17,207 bases of DNA from Oligoflexus sp. (GTDB taxonomy: Bacteria > Bdellovibrionota_B > Oligoflexia > Oligoflexales > Oligoflexaceae), in NCBI GenBank assembly GCA_041736305.1, contig JBGSTX010000285.1, positions 1-17,207 on the forward strand. Reading direction: 5' to 3'. The first letter of the stretch is position 1. Each line of letters begins with the position of its first letter. A model generated the notes under the pieces. That model saw nothing but the letters and a program-made list of their open reading frames with translations. It was not told the origin of the DNA and did no database searches. Both the position numbers and the translations under genes were made by a program. Shown here one piece after another: positions 1 to 8,719 of the stretch.

Positions 1-19
1 CACATGAAAAGGATTTTAC

Positions 20-712
20 ATGAAAACCTTAGCGATTCTAATGGGTCTGACCCTTTCTACGTCTGTCTTCGCCAACCAGAATCAGTACACGTATAAAATC
101 GTTCCTCACGAAGAAATCGATCAATACCTAGTACCAGGTAGCGATGCTACTGGGACTCCCGAAGCTCTCCAAGGCCTCTGGTGGCTAGACGGAAATCCGG
201 TCCACGATGAAGTCATTTCCTTCGCGGGCGCGCAATTTCAGCCCATAGAAGAAGCCGGCAAAGTTGTGGGTTATGAAGCTTTTTTACCTGTTTATGACGA
301 AGGCGTATGGTCTTGGCACAACGATGTGGGTGGTTGGAGAGGCTACATCGTCGCTCGTAAAGTTCGCTTGACCTATCATCTCGTTTTCGATGCAAACTTC
401 ACTAGTGGCGACATCACACCTGTAGTCAAGCTCCTTCCAGGTCAAGAGCCTGTTGAAATTCCTCAGTCTTTCTTCGCCTCTTTCACAATGGATCTTGTGA
501 ACAACAACGAGTGGAGCCGCGACACCGCGGTTTTAGGTTCAAAATCAAATTATCGCTTCCGTCGCATAGTGGATGGCGAAGGTACTCGTCTTCCCAACTT
601 CGAAGATTATCTTGCTAACATAAAAGTAGAGAATCTCAAGTCGGCGATGATTCCGGTTTGCACTTTGCCCAATCCCACTGGCCAACTACCTAGCCCCTGC
701 GCTGCGCTCTAA
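20..712 (+). CDS. Secreted hypothetical protein (230 aa), probably beta-rich
   Basis: RBS AAGGA at 9-13; Sec signal MKTLAILMGLTLSTSVFA; LQGLWWLDGN motif; two C-terminal Cys; followed by a hairpin. No family recognised. Confidence 0.85.
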   Translation: MKTLAILMGLTLSTSVFANQNQYTYKIVPHEEIDQYLVPGSDATGTPEALQGLWWLDGNPVHDEVISFAGAQFQPIEEAGKVVGYEAFLPVYDEGVWSWHNDVGGWRGYIVARKVRLTYHLVFDANFTSGDITPVVKLLPGQEPVEIPQSFFASFTMDLVNNNEWSRDTAVLGSKSNYRFRRIVDGEGTRLPNFEDYLANIKVENLKSAMIPVCTLPNPTGQLPSPCAAL

Positions 713-727
713 GTAAAACGATCGGCG

Positions 728-751
728 AAAGTCCGAGTTAGCTCGGACTTT
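728..751 (+). terminator. Intrinsic terminator-like hairpin
   Basis: Perfect stem AAAGTCCGAG (728-737) / CTCGGACTTT (742-751), loop TTAG, 15 nt after the stop at 712; U-tract is short. Confidence 0.7.
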
Positions 752-830
752 ACCTTCTGCAGATGTCCCTCGACAAGTTCGTTAGATTTCATTCAGACTT
801 CGATTCCATTACTTGTGAACCGAGGAATCG

Positions 831-1307
831 ATGCGATACTTTATTTCTTTCTTTGCCAGCTTTGGAATCTGGAATTTTTTGAGCCTTGCCCTTCATACTT
901 ACCCTCTGCAAGCCAGCGAATTTTGTGGGTCAAAAATTGGTTATTTCAACCAGCTTGCATCGCTCTATCTCATACCTAAAGAATTCCCTCCCGAAAACCA
1001 GCTGAATAGATTGCTGTCTAAGCGAGCTCAAGATGTTTGCAGGCGTCTGAATGTAGTGAACCTTGAGACTGCTTGCGTCGCTCACGACAGTTGCTACGCT
1101 GCACAGAGAGACAAAAAAAGCTGCGATCAAGAACTAGCCGATAATTGGGCCAGCGGCTGCCAAGAAGCATACGGGCGCCTTCTCCGCGACGACGTGCTGT
1201 GTCAAATTGGGTGCGAAGCTTTTGTTTACACGCTGTCGGAAGCCCAGCAGTTTGAAAAGGATGATTTTTGCCCTAGCTGTGATGCCTATGAGGCTGCCAA
1301 AAAATAG
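831..1307 (+). CDS. Secreted Cys-rich phospholipase A2-like protein
   Basis: RBS GAGGA; hydrophobic N-terminus; ACVAHDSCY matches the sPLA2 C-x-x-H-D-x-C-Y catalytic motif, followed by KKSCDQEL; 10 Cys. Confidence 0.7.
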   Translation: MRYFISFFASFGIWNFLSLALHTYPLQASEFCGSKIGYFNQLASLYLIPKEFPPENQLNRLLSKRAQDVCRRLNVVNLETACVAHDSCYAAQRDKKSCDQELADNWASGCQEAYGRLLRDDVLCQIGCEAFVYTLSEAQQFEKDDFCPSCDAYEAAKK

Positions 1308-1421
1308 GCTGCAAACTGTGGACCTCACTCACCTGCAGTGCCTTGATTTCGTATAATCCACGGCGCATAATCCTGCTTCTGCGCGAATCTACGCAGAAAT
1401 CTCATGAGAGGATACTTTGAA

Positions 1422-2462
1422 ATGGAATATCGCAAAGTAAAAGGCGCAGGGTTCGATGTCCCTGTTCTCACTTTTTGGACTGCTACCTTTGGCGGCGGGA
1501 ACGAATTCTTCAAAGCCTGGGGAAGCAGTGATGTGAAAGAGGCGTCTCGGCTCGTCGACCTTTGCCTCGATAACGGCATCTATCTTTTTGATACGGCGAA
1601 TATCTATTCGCAGGGGCTATCCGAAGAAATATTGGGTGCAGCGATAGAGGGTAAACGGGATCGTCTCATGCTGTCGACCAAGGCAACATTTCGGATGAAT
1701 AAGGAACCCAATCGCTATGGATCGTCACGTTTTTCGATCATACGAGAGTGCGAAGACAGCCTTCGGCGCTTGAAAACCGATTACATCGATATGTACACCA
1801 TGCATGGCTTTGATGCGCTGACCCCGGTCGATGAAACTTTGCGAGCCTTAGACGACCTTGTGCGCAGCGGTAAAGTCCGCTCGCTCGCATGTTCCAATTT
1901 TTCGGGTTGGCACCTGATGAAGTCGCTGTCAGTTTCTGAGCGCTACGGCTGGTCGAAGTATGTGGCTCATCAGGCTTACTACTCTCTAGCAGGCCGAGAA
2001 TTCGAATGGGAACTCATGCCCCTAGGAATAGATCACAACGTTTCAACTTTCGTCTGGAGCCCCCTGGCCGGTGGAGCTTTGACAGGCAAAGTAAGGCGAG
2101 GCCAACAACCGCCCGAAGGAAGTCGGGTCGCCCAGATGGATTTTGTGGTCTCCTCAAAGTCGGAAGCCCTCTTTAAAATTGTCGACGTTCTCGACGAAGT
2201 GGCGAAGGAGACCTCCAAGTCGCTAGCGCAGGTAGCCCTCAATTGGCTACTGCAGAGACCGACGATCACAAGTCTAGTTGTGGGGGCGCGGAACGAGAAA
2301 CAGCTCTTGGATAATCTAGGGGCGATAGGTTGGAAACTTAGTGAGGAACAGATGGCTCGCCTGGATGCCGTCAGTGAGCAGCGACCTATCTATCCCTATT
2401 GGCATCAACGTCTCTCGCCGGAGCTAATTCCGCCCCCTGTGCCTCTTTCGAATACTCATTAG
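1422..2462 (+). CDS. Aldo/keto reductase (NADP-dependent, Tas/aryl-alcohol dehydrogenase-like)
   Basis: FDTANIYS, STKA, SLRRLKTDYIDMYTMH, GKVR, WSPLAGGALTGK, AQVALNWLL. Start moved from 1404 to ATG 1422 because GAGGA lies at 1408-1412. Confidence 0.95.
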   Translation: MEYRKVKGAGFDVPVLTFWTATFGGGNEFFKAWGSSDVKEASRLVDLCLDNGIYLFDTANIYSQGLSEEILGAAIEGKRDRLMLSTKATFRMNKEPNRYGSSRFSIIRECEDSLRRLKTDYIDMYTMHGFDALTPVDETLRALDDLVRSGKVRSLACSNFSGWHLMKSLSVSERYGWSKYVAHQAYYSLAGREFEWELMPLGIDHNVSTFVWSPLAGGALTGKVRRGQQPPEGSRVAQMDFVVSSKSEALFKIVDVLDEVAKETSKSLAQVALNWLLQRPTITSLVVGARNEKQLLDNLGAIGWKLSEEQMARLDAVSEQRPIYPYWHQRLSPELIPPPVPLSNTH

Positions 2463-2603
2463 GCCAGTCTGAGTCGTGTCATAAAATACATATTTGCCGG
2501 GGAGGTCGTGAAACATTCCTACTTGAAGCTCGAGCTCGGGGCAGGCAGACTGTCGCTACACCTAGCTTGCGCTCTGTTTCGCTCATACCAACGAGGATGA
2601 TTC

Positions 2604-4154
2604 ATGACTTTCGACCTTACCTTCCCCCTCCTCACTTTTTGCGCCGGTGGATTAGGAGGGGCCCTCCTGGTATGGCTTATGCTGGGGATAGTTCGCAAAG
2701 GGCAAATGGCCCACATCCATAATCTACACCAAGCTGAGCTCATGCGACTGCAAGAGCGGCAAGCGGGCTTGGCCAAGGAATACGAAGAAAAGACGCGGGT
2801 GCTCGTCGCCACCGAAGAGCGCGCGTTAGCTCTCAGGCAGACCCACGACGCAATTCTCAGCGAGAAGATTCAGCTCCAAGAGCGGCTTCAGCATCTCATG
2901 CTCAAAGATCAAGAGATGAGGGCCCGCATGGAGCAAGAAGAAGCTCGGGTGAGCGAATTACGGCTTCACATGGACCAGCTTAGAGTCGAGCATTCTCGCC
3001 TGCAGGCTGAGCAGGCCGAGATTCTAGCAACGCAAGCTAGCGAGCGCCGTCATCATGAGGAAAAATTAGAAATTCTGTCTCAGGCTAAAGTTGATTTGAG
3101 CCAACAGTTTAAAGTGTTGGCTTCGGAGATTCTGGAAGAAAAAAGCCGGCGCTTCACCGAACTCAATCAGGTGAATCTCGGGCAAATGATTGGTCCTCTT
3201 CAAACGAAATTAAGCGAATTTCAAAATAAGGTCGAAAATCTTCACACCAATGACGCTATCGGTAGAACTCAGCTGGCCGAGCAGCTCAGAAACCTCACCG
3301 AACTCAATAAGCGCATGAGCGATGAAGCTCAGCAATTGACTCAAGCCCTAAAAGGCTCTTCCAAAGTTCAGGGGAACTGGGGTGAGATCATCCTGGAATC
3401 TCTGCTCGAAGCTGCAGGCCTCCGTAACGGTATCGAGTATGAGATGCAGACCGCTTATGTTCGGCCTGACGGCAGCCGAGCACTGCCCGATGTGATCATG
3501 CACCTGCCCGAGGGCAAGCATATGATCATCGACTCCAAAGTTTCGCTGCTAGCCTATACCGACTTCGCCTCGGCCTCAGATGATTTACTGAAAGAATCGG
3601 CCCGCAAAAAACATATGGAGAGTATGCGGGCTCATATCAAGGTTCTATCTGGCAAAGGCTATCAAGACCTCTACCAGCTGCGTTCGCTGGATTTCGTCTT
3701 GATGTTCGTACCGATAGAACCAGCTTTCATGCTGGCTATCACCAGCGATCAGAGCCTATTTATGGATGCCTGGGACAAGAACGTACTCTTGGTTTCGCCC
3801 AGCACACTCCTCTTTGTTGTGCGCACCGTAGCCCATCTCTGGCGCCAGGAGGCTCAGTCTCGCAATGCTCAGGATATCGCGAAACGAGGTGCCGAACTCT
3901 ATGACAAGCTGGTCGGCTTCGCCACCGATCTTGAAAAAGTAGGCCAACAACTTAATCTGGCCCAGAAAAGCTATGATGAAGCACGTAATAAGCTCGTTGC
4001 CGGCCGCGGCAACGTAATCCGACAGGCTGAAATGCTAAAGCAGCTTGGGATAAAACCGAGCAAGCAGTTGCCTCAGGAGCTCGTAAACCTGGCGACGGAC
4101 GAGTTCAATGCGGACTTCCTCGGGCGTGAGAAAATCTCCGGACTCGAGCGCTAA
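2604..4154 (+). CDS. rmuC: DNA recombination protein RmuC
   Basis: N-terminal TM helix, long coiled coil, then KVQGNWGEIILE, PDVIMHLPEGKHMIIDSK (PD-(D/E)xK), LDFVLMFVPIE and VSPSTL RmuC motifs. Confidence 0.95.
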   Translation: MTFDLTFPLLTFCAGGLGGALLVWLMLGIVRKGQMAHIHNLHQAELMRLQERQAGLAKEYEEKTRVLVATEERALALRQTHDAILSEKIQLQERLQHLMLKDQEMRARMEQEEARVSELRLHMDQLRVEHSRLQAEQAEILATQASERRHHEEKLEILSQAKVDLSQQFKVLASEILEEKSRRFTELNQVNLGQMIGPLQTKLSEFQNKVENLHTNDAIGRTQLAEQLRNLTELNKRMSDEAQQLTQALKGSSKVQGNWGEIILESLLEAAGLRNGIEYEMQTAYVRPDGSRALPDVIMHLPEGKHMIIDSKVSLLAYTDFASASDDLLKESARKKHMESMRAHIKVLSGKGYQDLYQLRSLDFVLMFVPIEPAFMLAITSDQSLFMDAWDKNVLLVSPSTLLFVVRTVAHLWRQEAQSRNAQDIAKRGAELYDKLVGFATDLEKVGQQLNLAQKSYDEARNKLVAGRGNVIRQAEMLKQLGIKPSKQLPQELVNLATDEFNADFLGREKISGLER

Positions 4155-4221
4155 GCCTTTGCGCTACGAATTTCTTAGGGCTATGGTGAGCCGGCGGCGA
4201 AACTCGCATCGGAGATATTCA

Positions 4222-4911
4222 ATGATAGATCTATATTACTGGACGACACCCAACGGCCACAAAATTACGATGTTTCTTGAAGAGGCTGGACTGCCCTACC
4301 GTATACTTCCGGTCAATATTGGAAAAGGTGAGCAGTTTCACCCCGATTTTTTAGCCGTTGCACCCAACAATCGTATTCCAGCAATTGTTGACCACGAGCC
4401 TGCAAAAGGATCAGTGCCATTGTCGATTTTTGAATCCGGCGCGATACTCCTTTATCTTGCAGAAAAAACCCAAAAATTTCTGCCCACTTCCCTTGAAGGA
4501 CGCACGGATGCCATTCAGTGGCTGTTCTGGCAGATGGGAGGCCTTGGTCCAATGGCCGGCCAAAATCATCACTTCGTTCAGTATGCCCCAGAAAAGATTC
4601 CGTATGCGATCGATCGCTATGTGAAAGAAACCAATCGCCTCTATGGAGTTCTCAACAAGCGTCTGGCAGATCGGCCTTTTCTCGCAGGAGAGTATTCGAT
4701 AGCGGATATGGCCTCTTATCCTTGGATAGTGCCGTATGAAGCCCAGCAGCAAAGTCTCGAGGATTTCCCTCACCTCCAGCGCTGGTTCAAGGCTATAGCT
4801 GAGCGTCCTGCTACTGTACGCGCCTATGCGAAAGCTAAAGAAATTAACGTCCAGTCATCGGTGAACGAAGAGTCAAGGAAGATCCTTTTTGGTCAGAGTT
4901 CCAAGAGGTAA
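4222..4911 (+). CDS. yfcG: Glutathione S-transferase, YfcG-type GSH-dependent disulfide oxidoreductase
   Basis: MIDLYYWTTPNGHKI, PNNRIPAIVD, FESGAILLYLAEK, QWLFWQMGGLGPMAGQNHHF. RBS GGAG at 4211-4214 supports ATG 4222 rather than 4108. Confidence 0.93.
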   Translation: MIDLYYWTTPNGHKITMFLEEAGLPYRILPVNIGKGEQFHPDFLAVAPNNRIPAIVDHEPAKGSVPLSIFESGAILLYLAEKTQKFLPTSLEGRTDAIQWLFWQMGGLGPMAGQNHHFVQYAPEKIPYAIDRYVKETNRLYGVLNKRLADRPFLAGEYSIADMASYPWIVPYEAQQQSLEDFPHLQRWFKAIAERPATVRAYAKAKEINVQSSVNEESRKILFGQSSKR

Positions 4912-4913
4912 AA

Positions 4914-5483
4914 TCAGAAAATTTCTATCTCGGCAATGATGAGCACGGCGTGAGCCGAGCTCATTTCGAGTTCGCTGCCAGTCTTGTCCTCAAGTACTAG
5001 CGCTTCACCTTCTAAGAGTTGGCCAAAGCCCTGGATCTCGCAAGATCCTTGCCAAAGGTAAGCCAGCCAGGCGTCTCCAAGTGCGAATCGAGTGGAACCT
5101 GAAAGGATTCGACTGGAGAGTTTTGCTCTCGCAGCATTTCGATTCACCATAAGATTAAAATCCTGAACTGGCCCTCCCTCTAAACTTGCCTCGGTAAGGT
5201 ATTCTCCCGGAAAGATATAGGGTTCTAAAAGGCGCAGATTTGAGCTTAGATTGGCCTCAGGATGAATGAGAGTCATTGCATTTCCGGAGAGCTGAAGAAT
5301 ATGCCTATCGTAGCCATCGAAGCGAGAAAAAGGGCCTGAAGCTGCAAAGCTCGCGAGGCTAACGCGCCAGATAAAGTCCTGACTTAGCAAGCTGTCTGAG
5401 GGGCGAATGGCGATCTCACTTGTCGACCCGCCTCCGTTCTTCCAAGGCATTTTGCGAAAATCCTTAGCGCGCAGATGCTGCAT
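4914..5483 (-). CDS. hutD: HutD/Ves family protein
   Basis: MPWKNGGGSTSEIA, WRVSLA, GPFSRFDGYDR and DFNLMV are HutD/Ves signatures; RBS AGGAGG. Confidence 0.92.
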   Translation of the reverse strand: MQHLRAKDFRKMPWKNGGGSTSEIAIRPSDSLLSQDFIWRVSLASFAASGPFSRFDGYDRHILQLSGNAMTLIHPEANLSSNLRLLEPYIFPGEYLTEASLEGGPVQDFNLMVNRNAARAKLSSRILSGSTRFALGDAWLAYLWQGSCEIQGFGQLLEGEALVLEDKTGSELEMSSAHAVLIIAEIEIF

Positions 5484-5572
5484 ATCGAATCCTCCTTAAG
5501 GAGATCAACGATAATACACAAAGTCTAGATTGGGAAAAAATATGAGAGATAGGCGAGCTAGGGGATGGGGGA

Positions 5573-5594
5573 GTCCCAGCCTTGCGACTGGGAC
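5573..5594 (-). terminator. Stable 3' hairpin with GNRA loop (stabiliser or atypical terminator)
   Basis: Minus strand GTCCCAGTC-GCAA-GGCTGGGAC, 9-bp stem with one G-U pair, 19 nt past the stop at 5614; no immediate U-tract. Confidence 0.55.
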
Positions 5595-5613
5595 AGATCA
5601 GTCTAATTTAGAC

Positions 5614-5922
5614 TTAGCCAGCTTTACGCTTGAACGTACCGACTAACTGGGTAGCAGTCGTGCGGGCTTTGGCATCGCCGTGATCAAAAGTGACCAGCTC
5701 GCCATTTTCAATGCGGAACTCGATGCGGTTCTTTTCCAGCTCTTTCTTTGCACGATCAAGATCAAAGTTAGCGACAGGACCATGCGAATGGCCTCCGCCT
5801 GCTTTGCCTTGGTTTTGGCCATGGTTCTTGCCCTGACCGTTGCCTGTTTTCGCCTCTACTGCAGGCGTCTTGCTTGGCATTTTCGTTACTTCTGCTGCTT
5901 GTCCGTTGTTCTTCTTGCTCAT
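5614..5922 (-). CDS. Small basic hypothetical protein with low-complexity G/N/Q/K/H N-terminal half (102 aa)
   Basis: RBS AGGAGA before ATG 5922 (ORF track start 5943 is less likely); downstream hairpin; no family recognised. Confidence 0.8.
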   Translation of the reverse strand: MSKKNNGQAAEVTKMPSKTPAVEAKTGNGQGKNHGQNQGKAGGGHSHGPVANFDLDRAKKELEKNRIEFRIENGELVTFDHGDAKARTTATQLVGTFKRKAG

Positions 5923-6113
5923 AAGATCTCCTAATATGAACAAAGAGTTTATCGTGAAGAACGACGATTTAATTTCTTACTAATTCGTAATTTTGCGATT
6001 TCTGAACTGTTTTGATGCTTTAGTGCGCGGGCCCGGCGTTTCCAGCCCCGGTAATTTTTCGGGTAATAAAAAAATGCGAACAAGATACTGTTTCAATTCA
6101 CTCGTTATTCCAT

Positions 6114-7043
6114 TTAATCGACTACTTGCGAATTTGAGCTGCTGTAAGTGCCACTGAGAAAGGCCGGCTCTCCCAACTTAGATCCAAGAAAGACTTTATT
6201 CGTTCCTCGCAGAAAAATGGTGGCATCTCCCGGTAGCAGAATAGGCCTGGTAAATCTTACGTCCAAGCTCTCTAGACGCGCCTGGGGTGTCTGCCGGCGC
6301 AGTTCGCTCGCAAGACCTTCGAACGTACGAGCAAAGCTCGAATAACCGTGAAGGATGCAAGAAGGGAAGCCTTGGGCTTGGGCAAAAGGTCTAATCCAGT
6401 GAATTGGATTAAAATCTCCGGTCAGCAAAGCAAAGTCAAAACCTGCAGTTTTTTCGACATGAAAACTGTCTAAAGGCTTCGCATCGAGAGGAACCGAGCT
6501 CGGGGGCGCTTTAACCTTAGTCTTGGGCGATTGTTGGCTCTGCTTCGTAAAGGCAAAGAAGATCAGCATGTCTGCACTTAATAGATCTGGCACCTCGGAG
6601 TTGCCTGTTTCCATTCTGATCGTGATGATAGCCCGTCGGTCGTTATGATCGACTTTGATAAGTCGACTCCGCAAGTGGAGGGGCTCATCGGCTGCGATGG
6701 GTCCTTTGATTCTCAGTCTACAACCACCGTTGACGCTGCGTAAAAGAGGATACTGACCCACTCGCATAGCTGCCAAAGCCAAAGGCAGACTCCACTGCGG
6801 GAAGAGGTGAGGGGGTATCTCGTTCCTATAGAGCGAGGGGTCGACCCCAAGATGGACTAAATAGGCTTTGATGAGGCTGAAAGAAGGAGGTGCTTGGACA
6901 AGCTCCAACCAAGAATCGTCTTCTCTCAGCTTAGTGGCGGGTTTCGATTTTAATTTTTTACTGCTCATCGAACTAATGGCAGTCCGACCTAAGGCCCTTA
7001 CCATAGGTCCTTGCTCTAGAAGATGACGTAGCTGATGCAGCAT
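6114..7043 (-). CDS. MaoC-like (R)-specific enoyl-CoA hydratase/acyl dehydratase, probably double hotdog fold
   Basis: Hydratase-2 motif FALLTGDFNPIHW...AQAQGFPSCILHG, then VRFTRPILLP. Confidence 0.88.
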   Translation of the reverse strand: MLHQLRHLLEQGPMVRALGRTAISSMSSKKLKSKPATKLREDDSWLELVQAPPSFSLIKAYLVHLGVDPSLYRNEIPPHLFPQWSLPLALAAMRVGQYPLLRSVNGGCRLRIKGPIAADEPLHLRSRLIKVDHNDRRAIITIRMETGNSEVPDLLSADMLIFFAFTKQSQQSPKTKVKAPPSSVPLDAKPLDSFHVEKTAGFDFALLTGDFNPIHWIRPFAQAQGFPSCILHGYSSFARTFEGLASELRRQTPQARLESLDVRFTRPILLPGDATIFLRGTNKVFLGSKLGEPAFLSGTYSSSNSQVVD

Positions 7044-7121
7044 GGAATGGCCCCCGCGATACGAAATGAATCTTGGTAACGTGTTTGCACCACAAACTCA
7101 AGACGCGAAGCGGGGCACACA

Positions 7122-8210
7122 TCAGATTTTGCGTTCAGGCTTCTTGTCGACTTGGCAGTTAGGAGAATTCTCTTCAGAAGAAACTCCGCTGGTCGGGAAA
7201 AATTTACCTTCGGTGATATAGGCAATCATATGCTTCTCTAGGCTGTCCATCCAAGCGTGATCGGTCTGAGTATTTTCGAGTCGGCTCATCATAGAATGGG
7301 GGACGCCATTGTAGAAGAAGCAGATAGAAGCGTTTTGGATGTCTTTGCTAGCTTCAACCATCTCTTTGTTGCTAATAGTCCTGTCATTTTCCGCACCAAC
7401 ATACTGCACAGGTATTTTGAGCTCGTTTAGTCTCTTCCGATAATCGAGCCCGTATTGCAGCATAGTCCGCATCGCGCTAACCGTAACTGAGCAAACACCA
7501 TTACGCTTCCCGCGTACGCCGCGATCGGCCTTGCATTGCTTGTCGTAATTAGTTGTGAAGCCCGGGTAAATTTGATCCATAAATGCAGTCAATGGTCCGA
7601 GTGCAAGGCGAAACTTATAGAAGGGCGCCATGAAGATGGCGCGATTCCAAACCTCTTTGCCTTCGATAGCAGTACCGGTAGCCAAGCCTCCGCCCCCTGA
7701 AAGCCCTCCGATGACTTTGATACCTGTTCCGGCGGCTGCGAGCTTATTCATTGTCGCTGCCTGGCGCACGATCGCTTCCGTATTTAGATCTGCGGGAAGA
7801 TCAGCTAAGTTGTCTTTCGCGACTCCCGACGAATCTTTTTCGTCGAGCGGCATACGGCCTTGGCCAGGCATCAGAGGTAAAAAAACATCGTAGCCTAAGT
7901 CAGCAAGTTTTTCTGAGACATCGTAAAACTGCTGAGGACACGCTGTGAAGCCGTGGTAGAGGACAACGATGCCCTTGGAAGGAGTCCCGATCTTAGGGCT
8001 GAAGTGAGTAGGTTCACACCCAGGTTGAAGACTTTTACCGTCTGCTTCTTCCGCTATATGCTGCTTCCAGGCATCAAATACGGCTTCTGGTTGGCCCATC
8101 TGTGCTTGATTCGTTGGACTGGCCTCTTGAACCTGATTGTCATTGGAGCTTGATTTACAGGAAAAAATAGCGAGTAGAGGTAAACCGATCACAATAGATC
8201 TTAGTTTCAT
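7122..8210 (-). CDS. Alpha/beta hydrolase lipoprotein (lipase/esterase-like)
   Basis: Signal with lipobox-like AIFS-C18; YHGFTACP oxyanion motif; GLSGGG nucleophile elbow; candidate Asp (GAENDRTI) and His (GVPHSM). Confidence 0.88.
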   Translation of the reverse strand: MKLRSIVIGLPLLAIFSCKSSSNDNQVQEASPTNQAQMGQPEAVFDAWKQHIAEEADGKSLQPGCEPTHFSPKIGTPSKGIVVLYHGFTACPQQFYDVSEKLADLGYDVFLPLMPGQGRMPLDEKDSSGVAKDNLADLPADLNTEAIVRQAATMNKLAAAGTGIKVIGGLSGGGGLATGTAIEGKEVWNRAIFMAPFYKFRLALGPLTAFMDQIYPGFTTNYDKQCKADRGVRGKRNGVCSVTVSAMRTMLQYGLDYRKRLNELKIPVQYVGAENDRTISNKEMVEASKDIQNASICFFYNGVPHSMMSRLENTQTDHAWMDSLEKHMIAYITEGKFFPTSGVSSEENSPNCQVDKKPERKI

Positions 8211-8251
8211 AGGTCGCCCTATCCTTTAGATAAAAAAGATGAATAGAGACT

Positions 8252-8280
8252 ATTATCAACCTATAAAGACTTTTTATCAA
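8252..8280 (-). promoter_or_regulatory. Putative sigma70 promoter for the hydrolase gene
   Basis: Minus strand TTGATA (8280-8275), 17-nt spacer, GATAAT (8257-8252), about 40 nt upstream of ATG 8210. Confidence 0.55.
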
Positions 8281-8472
8281 ATACTAAGAATATCGAATAA
8301 AGGCTTAAGCCACAGGCTTATCCGCTTTTGTAAAAAACAAAATTAGTCTTGGATTTTTATCTAGTTGATTTGAAAAAGTCGGAAGATTCGGAAGGCTAAG
8401 GAACAAGGCTCCATATAGGAGCTATGTGAGACTTAGCGATCGATCAAATTTCTTACAAAAACGTCGAGGATG

Positions 8473-8694
8473 TCAGTCATCTTTTTTGCTAGATTCAGTT
8501 TCGCCATCCCGATTATTCAAATCTTTTTCGACCAGATGGCGGACATACTCACTGAAATTTCCGAAGTTTTGTGAGCGATTCATAGCGTGTTGCAACATAG
8601 TCTTAGGTAAGGTGATGCTCTTTCTCACGCTGTTTTCATCTTGAGCCAGCGTCGGCCGTCCCATTTTTTTTGATTCTGGTTTAGATGTTTGCAC
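8473..8694 (-). CDS. Small ribbon-helix-helix (CopG/MetJ/Arc-like) DNA-binding protein
   Basis: GTG start with AGAGGGAG RBS; KKMGRP basic arm; alternating strand VRKSITLP; helix KTMLQHAMNRS; NFSEYVRHLVEKDL second helix typical of RHH proteins. Confidence 0.75.
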   Translation of the reverse strand: MQTSKPESKKMGRPTLAQDENSVRKSITLPKTMLQHAMNRSQNFGNFSEYVRHLVEKDLNNRDGETESSKKDD

Positions 8695-8719
8695 GGCGAT
8701 GTACTCCCTCTTGTACTTC

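Noticed and set aside
4108..4221. N-terminal extension of the GST ORF in the ORF track
   Set aside because: It overlaps the rmuC 3' end; homology and the RBS both point to ATG 4222.
8473..8694. Type II toxin-antitoxin pair
   Set aside because: No adjacent co-oriented toxin ORF; the next downstream gene is a lipoprotein 262 bp away with its own promoter candidate.
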